Positions 31,138 through 39,939 of a stretch of DNA of 64,000 bases are shown here, in pieces. Under the pieces are notes generated by a model. It searched no databases and was not told the origin of the DNA. It was given only the letters and a program-made list of their open reading frames with translations. The DNA comes from Phycisphaeraceae bacterium. Lineage in GTDB: Bacteria; Planctomycetota; Phycisphaerae; Phycisphaerales; Zrk34. Numbering within the stretch: position 1 is the stretch's first letter; every line of letters starts with the position of its first letter. The DNA lies in contig JBBDRF010000086.1 of assembly GCA_040905565.1 (NCBI GenBank), forward strand, positions 1 to 64,000, in the 5' to 3' direction. The position numbers and the translations under genes are program-made.

Positions 31138-32223
31138 ATGCACAGCAATATTCAGAGCCGAGGCGACGCAGCGACGTCGAAGCTGTTCGATGCAGCGACC
31201 AGACTGGTGCGGACGAATCCACTGTCATTCGCCAAGGCGGCGGAGTGGCTGGACGGTCGCGGAGACGGCAGCCTGCAGGTGGAGCAGGACGCCAAGAAAC
31301 AAATCTACGATCGCGTCGAAAATGCCGAGAAACTGGTTTTGAGCCGGCAGGCGAGATTGCAAGAGGTCTGCGCGGCACAGGGAGAAAAAGACCGAATCCC
31401 TGGTGCCCGAAGAGCGCTGGCCAAGGCCTTGCGCGGTCGGAGGTCGGCCAAAAAGCAAGCCGACAACTTCAATCCGCCCTGGGCATCTTTCCCCGAAGTC
31501 CGCTTCCGCCACGCCCTTTTGCGCACTCTGACCATCCTTTTCGAATGTACGGACGACGCTCGCCTAATGGAAGCTGCGCCGTCGACATGGCGAGCCGACG
31601 CTGAACGATGGGCACCGCGTGTGATCTTGCTTGCTTGGTTGCTCGCAGATCCCCGCGCTCATCTCTTCGATCGAAGCCCGTTACACGGTGAAATGGCCAA
31701 GTGGCCGTGGACCCACGGGTTTGCGGAGCAGGCGGAGGGCGAGGACGAGGATGACGAGGAGGCACAGGACCCCAGTGGCGGGACGTACTGGGGCGAGACA
31801 CGCAGGGATGTGCAGGATTGGCTTTTCAGGCGACATGAGACAAGGCCTCTGCGTCAGGGCTTTGCCAAATGTGTGCAGATGGCTGTGGAGCACTTGGACG
31901 ACCAGAAGGCCGACGCTTCCTTGGCCGATGAAACTGGTGCTGCGTATCGCGATGGACCGCGCCCGCCAAAGATGTTCCGCTGGCACGGCCAAGAGATCCA
32001 GCTACCGCCGCGCCAATGGCAATTGTTGAATTTCCTCTGGAATAACTCCAGTCATACTGCGGAGGTCGATACAGTGGCCGACCATGTCTGGGGGAACGCC
32101 GAAACAAAGGACGGAACAATCCGTAAGGCCTGCAGCAGCCTCAATGAGAAGCTCTTGAACGTTCCCGCGCCAGCACCGCAGGTTCGTACTGGCGGCGGCC
32201 ACGTCTTCATCGATTTTCCGTGA
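31138..32223 (+). CDS. Regulator with C-terminal OmpR-like winged-helix domain
   Basis: LPPRQWQLLNFLW...VADHVWG...TIRKACSSLNEKL. Confidence 0.7.
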   Translation: MHSNIQSRGDAATSKLFDAATRLVRTNPLSFAKAAEWLDGRGDGSLQVEQDAKKQIYDRVENAEKLVLSRQARLQEVCAAQGEKDRIPGARRALAKALRGRRSAKKQADNFNPPWASFPEVRFRHALLRTLTILFECTDDARLMEAAPSTWRADAERWAPRVILLAWLLADPRAHLFDRSPLHGEMAKWPWTHGFAEQAEGEDEDDEEAQDPSGGTYWGETRRDVQDWLFRRHETRPLRQGFAKCVQMAVEHLDDQKADASLADETGAAYRDGPRPPKMFRWHGQEIQLPPRQWQLLNFLWNNSSHTAEVDTVADHVWGNAETKDGTIRKACSSLNEKLLNVPAPAPQVRTGGGHVFIDFP

Positions 32224-32231
32224 GTAGCCTG

Positions 32232-32261
32232 TTTGTTACGGATTTGTTACCAATTTGTTAC
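32232..32261 (+). promoter_or_regulatory. Three TTTGTTAC direct repeats with 11-bp period
   Basis: Copies at 32232, 32243 and 32254. Confidence 0.65.
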
Positions 32262-32338
32262 CAAACGAGGTAACTCTCCGGTAACAGGCCGTGAGGCATG
32301 ATGCACCCGTAAGCAACTATTGCACGGGAGACAGCATC

Positions 32339-32677
32339 ATGCCACAAGACGACGCCCCCCTCACCCTGTCTGAAGCCGCGCGGTCCTCGCATCTGCCTCG
32401 GCCCGTAGCTCCCTCCACAATATTTCGATGGCACCGGCCAGGTATTCTCGCCGCCAATGGTCAGCGGGTGCGCCTCCGCGCCGAGCGGTACGGGGGCCGG
32501 CTGTACGTCCGCCCCAGCGCGATCCGCGACTTTGCTACGCGTCTCGCCGACGCCGACGCCGCGGCTGATGCCGAGGTTGAGGCACGGCAGGTACGACCGC
32601 TATCGACCCCAACACCCAGTGAGGATGATCGACACCGACGCCTCGCCACGGCCCGCGACCAGCTCGCGCAGGCTTGA
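32339..32677 (+). CDS. DUF1580-like excisionase/DNA-binding protein
   Basis: LTLSEAA...PSTIFRW...G..VRL.A.R.GGR. Confidence 0.75.
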   Translation: MPQDDAPLTLSEAARSSHLPRPVAPSTIFRWHRPGILAANGQRVRLRAERYGGRLYVRPSAIRDFATRLADADAAADAEVEARQVRPLSTPTPSEDDRHRRLATARDQLAQA

Positions 32678-33000
32678 GCTTCGTATTTGGACATACGGAT
32701 AGCAGGCACCGCCGGCCAGGCATGCAGCACGCAACCGGTGACAGTGGCTGCAGATCGGCACGTTACGAGTACCAGCGACCTCACCCTCTCGAAGGGTCAC
32801 GCAGCGGAAAACCGGCTTAGTTTCCACCCGATCCGCGAGAGATCAACTCATCACACGGACGGACAGCGAAGGAAGACCACGATGCCGCAGCCACGGACGG
32901 CAAGCAAGGAAAAACGGCCCAGAGCACGGCGCCAGAAGCAGGCTGTTTCTTCTCCTGTGACGAGCGTTACAACGTGTCTCGACGCGATGAGCCCAAGACT

Positions 33001-34566
33001 ATGAGCCCCACATCCCCCTCGAAGTCGACAGCAGGGCTGCAAACCACTACCAACGGACATGCACCGCGTGCCATTGCTCCCGTCGGCATCGACCTTGACG
33101 CTGAATTGATGCTGATCGGCGCGCTGTTCGGGACGGACAATGGCGAGCCGGGCAACGCGGAGCGGATCGGTGCCACGTTCGAGCGCGTCGAACCGTCAGA
33201 CATGGTCAGCCATCACTCACGCGAGGTATACGAGGCGATCCAATCGATATGGGCGAAAGCGCACGGCCTACCGATCACAGACCTCGGCCGTTACCTATCA
33301 GCAGCAACTCAACGATGGGCGGACGATCAGATCACAGATGCGACCGAGCGGGCGGCCCCGCACCTACTCGAGCACTACGCGGGGCAGGTGGTGGGCGCTG
33401 CCCAGCGGCGGCGACTAGCTGACATCGGCGACCAGATCACTAAGGCAGCCGCAGACGCGGCAACAGCGGAAGATGCGGCGGAACTGGCCGAGCAACTCGT
33501 GGGGCAGCTTGGGGCGAGACGATCCGCCGGCAGCGAGCCGGTGTTGCTGGGGCTGGACCAAGTGGAGCCGCGCAATGTGGAATGGCTGTGGCACCCGCGT
33601 CTACCGCTGGGAAAGCTGGTGCTCGGCGCAGGCGACGGCGGGCTGGGCAAAAGCTGTGTGACCCTCGCCATTGCCAGCAAGGTGACGACGGGCGAAGGTT
33701 GGCCGGATTCCCCAGAGCAAAGGCGCGAGCCGGCAAGCGTGCTTCTGCTATCGGCCGAAGATGACCCCGCCGATACCATCGTGCCGCGCCTGAAGGCGGC
33801 AGGCGCGGACCTGTCGCGCGTGAAGCTGCTAAAGGGCGTTCGGCGGGCTGGGCAGGCACGGACTGCGGATGAATGCATGGCCGATCTGTCGCGGGACGTG
33901 CTGGCGATCGAGCGAGCCATTGAGCGGCTCGACGACTGCCGGCTGGTGGTGATTGACCCGGTGAGCGCTTACACCGGCCGCGTCGATGGGCACGACAATA
34001 GCGAGGTACGCGCGATGCTCGCGCCCATCGCCACGATGGCCGAGCGGCACCGGGTGTGCGTGGTATTGGTCCACCACCTGAACAAGGCCGGCGGGCAGGG
34101 GCGGGGAGCCCTCCACCGCGTCATGGGTTCGGTCGCGTGGGCGGCGGCATCACGGGTGGTGCTCAGCTTCACGAAGGATCCGGACGACCAGCGCCGCCGG
34201 CTGATGCTCAACGCCAAGAACAATCTCGGCCCGGACAGCGGCGGACTCGCCTACACGATTCGCGATTCCGGCATGGGGCACCCGTGCGTCGTGTGGGACA
34301 GCGAGCCGGTGGTGATGACCGCCGATGATGCGATGAGTGAACGCGACGATCGCACCACCGCGACGGACGAAGCGGCGCAGTGGCTCCGTGAGGTGTTGAG
34401 CGACGGGCCGCTAGCTCGTGCGGACGTTGAGGCAGCGGCTGAGCGGGACGGCTTCGCCTGGCGAACCGTCGAGCGTGCAAAGGTGCGAGCCAGCGTGGTC
34501 AGCGAGCAGCAGCGAAACGATGGCCGCGTATCTGGATGGCACTGGACATTGAAGGGGCGAAGCTGA
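33001..34566 (+). CDS. RepA-like AAA_25 helicase with DnaB-N-like N-terminus
   Basis: VEWLW, GDGGLGKS, SAEDD, LVVIDP, HHLNK, GS, KNN. Confidence 0.87.
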   Translation: MSPTSPSKSTAGLQTTTNGHAPRAIAPVGIDLDAELMLIGALFGTDNGEPGNAERIGATFERVEPSDMVSHHSREVYEAIQSIWAKAHGLPITDLGRYLSAATQRWADDQITDATERAAPHLLEHYAGQVVGAAQRRRLADIGDQITKAAADAATAEDAAELAEQLVGQLGARRSAGSEPVLLGLDQVEPRNVEWLWHPRLPLGKLVLGAGDGGLGKSCVTLAIASKVTTGEGWPDSPEQRREPASVLLLSAEDDPADTIVPRLKAAGADLSRVKLLKGVRRAGQARTADECMADLSRDVLAIERAIERLDDCRLVVIDPVSAYTGRVDGHDNSEVRAMLAPIATMAERHRVCVVLVHHLNKAGGQGRGALHRVMGSVAWAAASRVVLSFTKDPDDQRRRLMLNAKNNLGPDSGGLAYTIRDSGMGHPCVVWDSEPVVMTADDAMSERDDRTTATDEAAQWLREVLSDGPLARADVEAAAERDGFAWRTVERAKVRASVVSEQQRNDGRVSGWHWTLKGRS

Positions 34567-34594
34567 TGCGGTCTAGATATCCCGATCACAATAT

Positions 34595-34691
34595 TTGGCG
34601 GCGTTGGTATTGTTGGCGTTCTAGGCGGTCTAGCTTTCTGACCACGCTGATCAACACCGCCAACACCGCCAAGGACGCCAACGCCGCCAAC
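34595..34691. repeat. Convergent iteron-like array (putative origin)
   Basis: TTGGCG-type units then CGCCAA units at about 9-bp spacing right after the helicase. Confidence 0.6.
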
Positions 34692-35060
34692 GTAATCGTG
34701 GGGGCGGTGGCCAGCGTGCCGTTGAAGAGCGTGCGCAGGTCGTAGTCGGCGTTCTCGAGGCCTTCGAGAGGTTCAGGTGCAGCGGAACTTCCAGCACGAG
34801 CACGGCGTCGTCCGTGCGAGATATTGCCTGAGTTCCTCGACGTCTCCGGTCCCGTACTCGTCAACGGCGGAAAGCTCGTGACTGACGTGCTGGCGGAACT
34901 CGTCCAGCCATCCCCGCAGGAACACGGCGGCGTCGGCGGCGAAATGCTTCCGGAGGCCGGGCCTACCTCAGCATCGAACCACGGGGATGCGGCGGAGCAT
35001 TTGATCGCAATCATGCCAGCAATGCTCAGTAAGCGGCCTATGTCGACGAGGATCTACCGG

Positions 35061-35909
35061 TTATTGTGTGGCCTGATATTTGGCGTACAGCAATTCGGCG
35101 AACGCTTGAGCCTTTTCCATGTCGACGACGCGAGGCTCCATGACAAACACCGTGCGCGAGCCTCCGATGGCGGTCTCATATCGTCTACTTTCAGTGATCG
35201 CCACTGTCTCCTTCAGCGACACGCGTTCACCATCCACTCGGTTCGCGACGTTCACACCGCTCAACCAAATCGTTGTATCACGCCCAACTCGGACCAGAGC
35301 ATTCCCATCATCGATGACTTGCAAAATCTCCATTCGGATCCGATCGTCGATGCGACCGACCGCACCGATCTCGAAATCAGCGATCGTCAAAATCGGAGTC
35401 GGGAATTCATCCGAACGCCTCACTTGCGCCAGATCTTGGCGAGCCTGATTCATGGTGCGCTGATGGACGGCAATCTTGTCACGTCGCTCTCGCCGATCGG
35501 TAGCGGTCACTTCGCCTATCTTCTGCTGAGCTTGTTCTACCTGACGTTGCAGGCGATTTACCTCGGCGATCTTCGCCGAAACCATCGCTAATGAATAAGT
35601 ACGAACCTCCTCAGGAATATCCTCCAACATCTCTTTCGTTCCCGAATAGATGTGTTCGCCTTTGTCGCTCTCTCCCGGATTAGGTTTCGCCTCGCCACCT
35701 TTCAACTTCGCCAAAGATAGTCGCATTTCAGCGAGTTCGGTGAGCATGGCGGCGTTCTCCTGCTCAAGTTCGGCAACTGTGTGCTGCAGGTTTTCGATGA
35801 GGATAATCAGTGTTTGCTTATCGAAGGTGCTTAGATCGACATTCTCCGCCACCGCCGGCGCCGCTATGAACATCGCAGCGGCTGCAATCATCATTTGACA
35901 CTTACGCAT
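35061..35909 (-). CDS. Exported coiled-coil protein with C-terminal beta domain
   Basis: GGAGG SD, signal peptide AVA-E. Confidence 0.75.
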   Translation of the reverse strand: MRKCQMMIAAAAMFIAAPAVAENVDLSTFDKQTLIILIENLQHTVAELEQENAAMLTELAEMRLSLAKLKGGEAKPNPGESDKGEHIYSGTKEMLEDIPEEVRTYSLAMVSAKIAEVNRLQRQVEQAQQKIGEVTATDRRERRDKIAVHQRTMNQARQDLAQVRRSDEFPTPILTIADFEIGAVGRIDDRIRMEILQVIDDGNALVRVGRDTTIWLSGVNVANRVDGERVSLKETVAITESRRYETAIGGSRTVFVMEPRVVDMEKAQAFAELLYAKYQATQ

Positions 35910-36150
35910 TGTTACCTCCCGGGACGTTTGGGGCTCAGGCTGATGTGCACACGCCTAACTTATACCACAATCCGCAGATGACTTCGGATCTCGGGAGATG
36001 GCTGTCCGTTTAGGTAAGCAGGCGGCCTCGGCTCTGCATAAAGTCTTGCACCTGACCAGTCGGGGCGTTATAAGTTGGTTGAGGGTGCGTTCGGGGCAAG
36101 TTCGGGGCCCGCGCGTGCGACCTTTTCTTCGGGGGACGTGGAAGGAAGCC

Positions 36151-37410
36151 GTGGGATCAACCGCCTCCGATATTCGTAAAGAAATCATCTGTCCGAATTG
36201 TTGGCACCGTTTCGCTCCGGAACGGGTTCTTTTCGTCGCTCGGCACGAGAACCTTGTCGGAGATCTCGTTGCCGGCCCATCAGCATATCGCCGCTTTTTG
36301 CCCAGCCGCTTCACCGCCATGGGCGATGCGTTGGACGCCAACGGTCTGAGCTGTCATCAGCTGGCGTGCCCGAGGTGCCACTTGGTGGTTTCCCGGCCGT
36401 TGCTGGAGTTATCCGCTTATTTCGTGTCAATCGTCGGCGCCCCCGCCAGCGGCAAGAGCTATGTGCTGGCAGCGATGACCTGGCAGTTGCGATCGATCTT
36501 GCCGAAGCTTGGGTTGCTGATGGCCGATGGCGATCCGGCTGCGAATCAGGAATTGCAGCGGTACGAAGAGCTCCTGTTCATGAACAACGAGCCGGACAAG
36601 CCCATCGCACTGCGTAAGACCGAAACGCAGAGCGACGAGCTGTACCAAACAATCACGCTGGACGGTCAGCCGCAGACCTTCCCTCGACCATTCATCTTTA
36701 CGCTCAGCCCCAAAACAGATGGTCGCCGGCAACAACTTGGTTTGATCTTGTACGACAACGCAGGCGAGCATTTTCTGCCAGGTGCTGATTCCACAGCGAC
36801 GCCGACCACGCTGCATATCGCCGAATCTGCAGCAACCATGTTCCTGTACGATCCGACACAGGATCCACGTTTTCGGGAGCGGTGCCGCCGCGACGATCCA
36901 CAAATTCAATACGGGGTTCGGCCCGGTGCCGGAGCGGCAAGTGGGCGACAGGAAATCATCCTCAGCGAAATGATCGCACGCGTGCGACGATACAAAGGCC
37001 TTAGCCAAGCCGCCAAGCACCGGCGACCGCTTGTCATGGTCCTGGCAAAGGCGGACGTCTGGCTGCCCGAAGGGATGCTGGCGGAGAGTCCGTTGGTCGA
37101 GGTCGCCGAAGAAAACGGCACCGAAGGTAAGCGGCTGGCCCTTTCGCTCGACCGGATTGAGCAGATGTCAGAGCAGTGCCGGCAGATCCTGCAGGAGGCC
37201 TGTCCGGAGGTCGTCTCAGCTGCGGAAGATTTCAGTGAACGTGTGATCTACATCCCCGTTAGCGCCCTCGGGTGCAGTCCAGAACGCGTCGGAGATGGCG
37301 ACGCCGCGTTTTACGGGATTCGGCCCGAGCGCATCGCACCCAGGTGGGTCACCGCACCTCTGTTGTGGGCGCTCGCTCAATCCGCACCAGGGTTTATCCC
37401 CACCACTTGA
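36151..37410 (+). CDS. Zn-finger TRAFAC GTPase (double-GTPase-2-like)
   Basis: CPNC...CPRC; G1 GAPASGKS, G3 DNAGE, G4 AKAD, G5 SAL; AAGGA SD before GTG 36151. Confidence 0.8.
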   Translation: MGSTASDIRKEIICPNCWHRFAPERVLFVARHENLVGDLVAGPSAYRRFLPSRFTAMGDALDANGLSCHQLACPRCHLVVSRPLLELSAYFVSIVGAPASGKSYVLAAMTWQLRSILPKLGLLMADGDPAANQELQRYEELLFMNNEPDKPIALRKTETQSDELYQTITLDGQPQTFPRPFIFTLSPKTDGRRQQLGLILYDNAGEHFLPGADSTATPTTLHIAESAATMFLYDPTQDPRFRERCRRDDPQIQYGVRPGAGAASGRQEIILSEMIARVRRYKGLSQAAKHRRPLVMVLAKADVWLPEGMLAESPLVEVAEENGTEGKRLALSLDRIEQMSEQCRQILQEACPEVVSAAEDFSERVIYIPVSALGCSPERVGDGDAAFYGIRPERIAPRWVTAPLLWALAQSAPGFIPTT

Positions 37411-37422
37411 TCCGGGGCTCGC

Positions 37423-39939
37423 ATGATTCATCAACTCGTCTACACCTCGTCGGCAAGGGGACTGCATGGGGGCACGCGAGGCTTTACGACCGTCGCCGCG
37501 ACCCGAGGTATGAGTCCTCCTTTGATTAGTCGCCTCGAGTCACTTAGCGCCTACCAGCGAACCTTCACCTTCGGTAGTAGCCGCGATCGATTGAACCCCG
37601 TCCGCTGGTCGCACGTTCGAATGACGCTTGGTGCCGGCACGCTGAGTGTGGTCTCGCGTGTCGCTGCTGCGGGCGCGGACTACTCCGGCCGGTCCAACAT
37701 GCTCGCCCATCATCTGGTGCTTGATGCGACCGACCGCCCCGAATCAGGACCCTCGGCAGTTCTGGCCCAGGAGCGGCTGTTCATCGATAGCTGGGACGAG
37801 CCGGCGCGATACCTTGATCCGTTGGGGAAACTCTCCGGTGCCCCCGGCAGTCCGAAGCCTTGCTTCGCATGGCAGCGCGCCTGTGGCGATGCCGGGTGGG
37901 CAGGCGTGGCAGTTCGGCAAGTTGTGGTTAAGCGTGAGCCGATCACCCTCATCTACGAAGCAGGCACCGACCTGCGACCTCTGATCGATGAAGCCATCAA
38001 CTTGCTCCCGGCGAAGCAGCGATGGCTTTTTACCTTCAGCACCTACTTCACAGGCGATGTTGCGGGTGCCGATTGCCTATTCCGAGGCGTACTGGCCGGC
38101 ACCGAGGCAGCCGCCGCGGCACGAGGCGCGGTCATCGACCTCACCCGACCGCGCCCACTCACCGAGCCCGACGATCCATACATCCAAGCGGCCCGCGATG
38201 GTCGACTCGTCGCGATTAAGAAACCGATCTCACGAAAACGCGTTGATAGGCCGGCCGGCGGTGACCCCACCGAAGTATTGACGGATAACGAGAGCCTCGG
38301 CGTGTTCGCACTGGCGGATCCTGACGAACCCGGCCCTCGGGAGGAGGCGACCTCTGCCCCGCCGCCCCCCATGCCCAATCGCCCCCCACGCCGCGAGCGA
38401 CCGCAACGCACCACCATCGTCGTCACCCTCAGCGGCGTCGTCGGAGCCTTGGCCATCCTAATACTCGCGGTCAGCGTGGCTTGGTCGTTGCTGCCGTTCA
38501 AGGATGAGCCGCAAGAGGAAGGGGCGTCGGCAGAAGCTGAGCCGACTGTAGTCGCTGATGCCCGGGAGCAATCCCCCCCGCCATCGCCCGCCGAGGAAGA
38601 TGGTGGAGAAGACCGCAGCCCTGACTCTGGAGATAAGGACCATTCGGGCGAGGCTGATTCCAACGAAGATGAAAGTGATGGTCCGCCGCAGAGGAACGGA
38701 GAACCGAACACAGATCAAGCCGATGACACCGAAGAATCTGCAGAGCCCGAGGTGTTCGAGGAGCCCGAGAAGTCAGAGGGGCCCGAGCCCGAGCCGGAGC
38801 GCGAACCGGAGTCGGAGCCACAGCCTTTTCCGATCGACAATTTAGAGCCATTCGAACATGAATTCGACGAAGAAACCGAGTACCTACCCATCGAGCTAAC
38901 GGGAGACCAACAAGCGCTCGACGCAAAGTCCCTCTCCGCAAGACCGTCCCCTCCCCTATCAACTTTCACAAGCCGCATCGATGATGACCTGACACACCGA
39001 CTTCTGATTGACAAACGCATTGACACAGTTGCCGAGATTAATTTCTTCCAGAAGGCCGACGAGTCGCTCGTAGTGCAATGGAATGAGAAGCAGCCGTTGG
39101 GAACAGATCGCGCCGCCTTTCGGTTATTTGTTCCTACCGATGACGGCAAGGTAAGGGTTCTTCACCTACGTCACGCCACTGCAAGTCCGGAACAAATAGC
39201 ACTGAGAGTTCCTTGGGGTAGGCCGCCAGGGGCTCAAGCAATGAGTTCAAGCGTGGCAACTGAAATCATAACCGCTGCACGCAGGGTTCGGAAGGGGCGG
39301 ACGGCCGAGGCGTATAAGATTGGAGAACACATCCCGGGGCCACCCGATTCGAAGGATCAATCACACCTCGTCATCGATTTTCATAGCGAAAAGCTAAGAG
39401 CAACGTTGCACTGGGATGACGATATGCCGCGTGGAACTGAAGGGTCTGCTCGAACTTTGAGGATTGCTCTTTCCGCGCTTGAAGAGGCCCTTGATAATAT
39501 TTACGAATCCGATGGCGACTGGTTCAAAGTCGCCCCAGAAGATCGATCGGATATCCGGGAATGGCTAGACGGTATTCCACGAAAAGAAATCGAGGATTCA
39601 CGCGATAAGTATCTTGCGGGTCTCCTTGACGAACGCGAGAAGCGCAATAAGAAGATTGACGAAGATTTCAAAGGTGATGAGAGACAGAAGATGCGGGACG
39701 GCAAGAAGGCTAGGGTAAAACGTGCCTATGAAAAGCGAAAGGGTGAGGTGCAAGTAGTTTACGAGAAGCTGAAAGAGGCTAAGGAGGCGATAGAAGGGCA
39801 GGGGGATTCGCGAAACAGGCTACGTAAGTTCATCGATGACGATGTCATAGTTCTTGACCAGTACAACGTTCCCATCATGAAGATCACCATGTCGCTCAAG
39901 GGAGATGGGGATGAAGCCGCTGAGAAGGAGGACGATTGA
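37423..39939 (+). CDS. GAP1-N2-domain bitopic membrane protein
   Basis: QLVYTS..RGL..G..GF.TVA, ADYSGRSN.LAHH, RW.FTFSTY; TM helix, acidic linker, C-terminal domain. Confidence 0.75.
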   Translation: MIHQLVYTSSARGLHGGTRGFTTVAATRGMSPPLISRLESLSAYQRTFTFGSSRDRLNPVRWSHVRMTLGAGTLSVVSRVAAAGADYSGRSNMLAHHLVLDATDRPESGPSAVLAQERLFIDSWDEPARYLDPLGKLSGAPGSPKPCFAWQRACGDAGWAGVAVRQVVVKREPITLIYEAGTDLRPLIDEAINLLPAKQRWLFTFSTYFTGDVAGADCLFRGVLAGTEAAAAARGAVIDLTRPRPLTEPDDPYIQAARDGRLVAIKKPISRKRVDRPAGGDPTEVLTDNESLGVFALADPDEPGPREEATSAPPPPMPNRPPRRERPQRTTIVVTLSGVVGALAILILAVSVAWSLLPFKDEPQEEGASAEAEPTVVADAREQSPPPSPAEEDGGEDRSPDSGDKDHSGEADSNEDESDGPPQRNGEPNTDQADDTEESAEPEVFEEPEKSEGPEPEPEREPESEPQPFPIDNLEPFEHEFDEETEYLPIELTGDQQALDAKSLSARPSPPLSTFTSRIDDDLTHRLLIDKRIDTVAEINFFQKADESLVVQWNEKQPLGTDRAAFRLFVPTDDGKVRVLHLRHATASPEQIALRVPWGRPPGAQAMSSSVATEIITAARRVRKGRTAEAYKIGEHIPGPPDSKDQSHLVIDFHSEKLRATLHWDDDMPRGTEGSARTLRIALSALEEALDNIYESDGDWFKVAPEDRSDIREWLDGIPRKEIEDSRDKYLAGLLDEREKRNKKIDEDFKGDERQKMRDGKKARVKRAYEKRKGEVQVVYEKLKEAKEAIEGQGDSRNRLRKFIDDDVIVLDQYNVPIMKITMSLKGDGDEAAEKEDD

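Noticed and set aside
34700..35000. Possible degraded gene on the minus strand (GLRKHFAADAAVFLRGWLDEF...)
   Set aside because: Protein-like but interrupted and not assignable without a search
38755..38825. GAGCC(C/G) short tandem repeats
   Set aside because: Encodes an EP-rich linker; no sign of a separate repeat element
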